Part shown: piece after piece, positions 62,073-64,000 of the stretch
Numbering within the stretch: position 1 is the stretch's first letter
Layout: every line of letters starts with the position of its first letter
Assembly: GCA_965200745.1 (NCBI GenBank)
Contig: CBDAUZ010000001.1
Coordinates: 1,115,152 to 1,179,151 of the forward strand
Direction: 5' to 3'
DNA length: 64,000 nucleotides
Origin: Alphaproteobacteria bacterium
GTDB taxonomy: Bacteria; Pseudomonadota; Alphaproteobacteria; SP197
Program-made: the position numbers and the translations under genes
The notes under the pieces: generated by a model
The model's database searches: none
What the model was told of the DNA's origin: nothing
The model's input: the letters and a program-made list of their open reading frames with translations, nothing else

Positions 62073-63890
62073 ATGAGCGAAAAACTACAAGGCAAGCGCT
62101 TCGTCGACCAGCTAGGCAAGGTCTACGGCCTGTACACCCTCGGTTTCCTGGGGTTCTTCGTCCTGATGGCAATCATCGAGCAGTTCGGTGCCGGTGCGAG
62201 ATTGATCGGTATCCTCTTCCTGCTCTTCACAATCGTCATCTACGCAACAATCGGCTGGCTCTCGCGCACGATGCAGGTGTCCGCCTATTATGTTGCGGGT
62301 CGAGAAGTCCCATCGTTTTACAATGGCATGGCGACAGCTGCGGACTGGATGTCCGGTGCATCGTTTGTCGCACTGGCCGGCGGAATTTACTTCGGCGGAT
62401 ATCCGTATCTCGGTTTCGTGATCGGATGGACTGGCGGTTACGTTCTCGTCAACGCGCTGATGGCGCCCTATCTGCGAAAATTCGGTTGCTACACGGTTCC
62501 TGATTTCATCGGAACCCGCTATGGCGGCAACCTGGCGCGGTTCTGCGCAGTTGTCGTGCTGGTTGTGGCGTCCTTCACTTATGTGACGGCACAGATCAAC
62601 GCGACCGGGACGATTGCCGCACGCGCGCTGTCGATTCCGTTCGAGGTTGGCGTCTGGTTCGGACTGCTCGGCATCCTGCTCTGCTCGATGCTTGGCGGCA
62701 TGCGCGGTGTGACATGGACTCAGGTTGCACAGTACATCGTGCTGATCATCGCATACCTTGTTCCCGTCATCTGGATGTCCAATGCACAGGGTTTCGGCAT
62801 TATCCCGCACTTCAGTTACGGTGATGCTGCGCTGCGCATCAAGGAGCTCGAGGGCGAGTACGGTTTGCAGGCGGCGATGGACGCCGTGGCAGGCTTGCGT
62901 GTCCTGACGACACCACACTTTGACCCGCAGGGCGGCCTGGATTCCTGGAAGTTCGTGACTCTGGCTCTCTGCATGATGGCCGGTACGGCATCGCTGCCGC
63001 ACATCCTCATGCGGTACTTCACGACACCGTCGGTGCGTGCAGCACGCAAGTCGGTGGGCTGGTCACTGTTCTTCATTTTCCTCCTTTATTTCACGGCGCC
63101 GGCACTTGCGACACTGACGAAGCTCCAGCTTCTCGATCCCGGTCTGGCCACAGCGGTTGTCGGCAAGGCAATCGATGATGTGTCCAATCTTGAATGGGTC
63201 AGGAACTGGACGGAAGTCGGCATGCTGGCTGTTGTCGACCAGAACGCAGATGGAATTGTTCAGCTGAACGAGTTCTTCATGCGTCCGGATATTGTTGTGT
63301 TGGCAACACCGGAAATTGCGGGGCTGCCGTATGTTATTTCCGGTCTCGTTGCGGCAGGCGGTATGGCTGCTGCGATGTCAACCGCTGATGGACTGCTTCT
63401 GGCAATCGCGAACGCGTTGAGCCACGACCTCTACTACAAGATCGTCGATCCCAATGCGGATACGAAGCGCAGACTCATCGTGGCGCGCGTTCTTCTCGTG
63501 GTGATCGGTGTGGCTGCGGCGTTGATCGCTTCGCTGCAGTTGACAGGTATTCTGGGTGCAGTTGCCTGGGCGTTCTGTTTCGCCTGTTCGGGTCTGTTCT
63601 TCCCCCTTGTGCTCGGCATCTGGTGGAAACGTGCCAACCGTGCCGGCGCAATTGCCGGAATGGTTCTCGGCTTTGCGGCGGGCACGATCTACCTGATCCA
63701 TGTCTACGGTGGTGGAACGCCGCTATGGTCGATCGATCATCTGCGGTTCGGCCTGATTGGCATGCCGGTTTCGTTGATCTCAATGGTCGTCGTTTCACTC
63801 ATCACGGCTGCGCCGGATGAAGAGATGCAGGCGATGGTTGACGAGACCCGTATTCCGACGGGCAAACCCATCATCGCAGAATCGAACTGA
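62073..63890 (+). CDS. Sodium:solute symporter, ActP-like (VC_2705 subfamily)
   Basis: YYVAGR, NGMATAADWMSGASF, APYLRKFG, GTASLPH, STADGLL. Confidence 0.93.
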   Translation: MSEKLQGKRFVDQLGKVYGLYTLGFLGFFVLMAIIEQFGAGARLIGILFLLFTIVIYATIGWLSRTMQVSAYYVAGREVPSFYNGMATAADWMSGASFVALAGGIYFGGYPYLGFVIGWTGGYVLVNALMAPYLRKFGCYTVPDFIGTRYGGNLARFCAVVVLVVASFTYVTAQINATGTIAARALSIPFEVGVWFGLLGILLCSMLGGMRGVTWTQVAQYIVLIIAYLVPVIWMSNAQGFGIIPHFSYGDAALRIKELEGEYGLQAAMDAVAGLRVLTTPHFDPQGGLDSWKFVTLALCMMAGTASLPHILMRYFTTPSVRAARKSVGWSLFFIFLLYFTAPALATLTKLQLLDPGLATAVVGKAIDDVSNLEWVRNWTEVGMLAVVDQNADGIVQLNEFFMRPDIVVLATPEIAGLPYVISGLVAAGGMAAAMSTADGLLLAIANALSHDLYYKIVDPNADTKRRLIVARVLLVVIGVAAALIASLQLTGILGAVAWAFCFACSGLFFPLVLGIWWKRANRAGAIAGMVLGFAAGTIYLIHVYGGGTPLWSIDHLRFGLIGMPVSLISMVVVSLITAAPDEEMQAMVDETRIPTGKPIIAESN

Positions 63891-63914
63891 CCTGAGTGTC
63901 ATCTGACAATCCTC

Positions 63915-63946
63915 ACAGGGGCAGGATCGACAGGTCCTGCCCCTGT
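63915..63946 (+). terminator. Hairpin after the symporter gene
   Basis: Perfect 12-bp stem ACAGGGGCAGGA/TCCTGCCCCTGT; weak U tract. Confidence 0.6.
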
Positions 63947-64000
63947 CTGATTCCAGCAATACGACCGGATCGATCTGATGCAGACACTTGCCAGTGTACT

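Overview
64-kb window from a GC-rich bacterium, most likely a marine alphaproteobacterium (inferred from Irr with an ICE box, alpha-type LexA-like boxes, DUF2125 and DddP-like genes). It is dominated by methylated-amine, betaine and osmolyte uptake and catabolism. Those genes include a Rieske oxygenase, three GcvT-family flavoenzymes, a pyrrolysine-free MttB methyltransferase, BCCT and ActP-like transporters, and two DddP-like M24 enzymes. Accessory patches interrupt this backbone: an intact Type ISP restriction-modification gene, irr-katG, a YhaO/YhaN nuclease-ATPase pair, a decayed hsdS-MAD3/MAD4-like module and three internally deleted IS elements. The most notable observations are: (1) a ClC-CBS protein with all three canonical anion-site residues replaced, translationally coupled to an orphan solute-binding protein; (2) a 1.1-kb IS with terminal inverted repeats and a 9-bp target duplication that carries a DNA adenine methylase passenger; (3) a seven-gene demethylation/deamination operon lying between two DddP-like paralogs; (4) a ~55-60-bp repeat found at two junctions where a 5'-truncated gene begins beside restriction genes; (5) rare-codon patches at the likely specificity loops of the Type ISP enzyme. 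No rRNA, tRNA or CRISPR array was seen. All family assignments come from motif recognition, not database searches.
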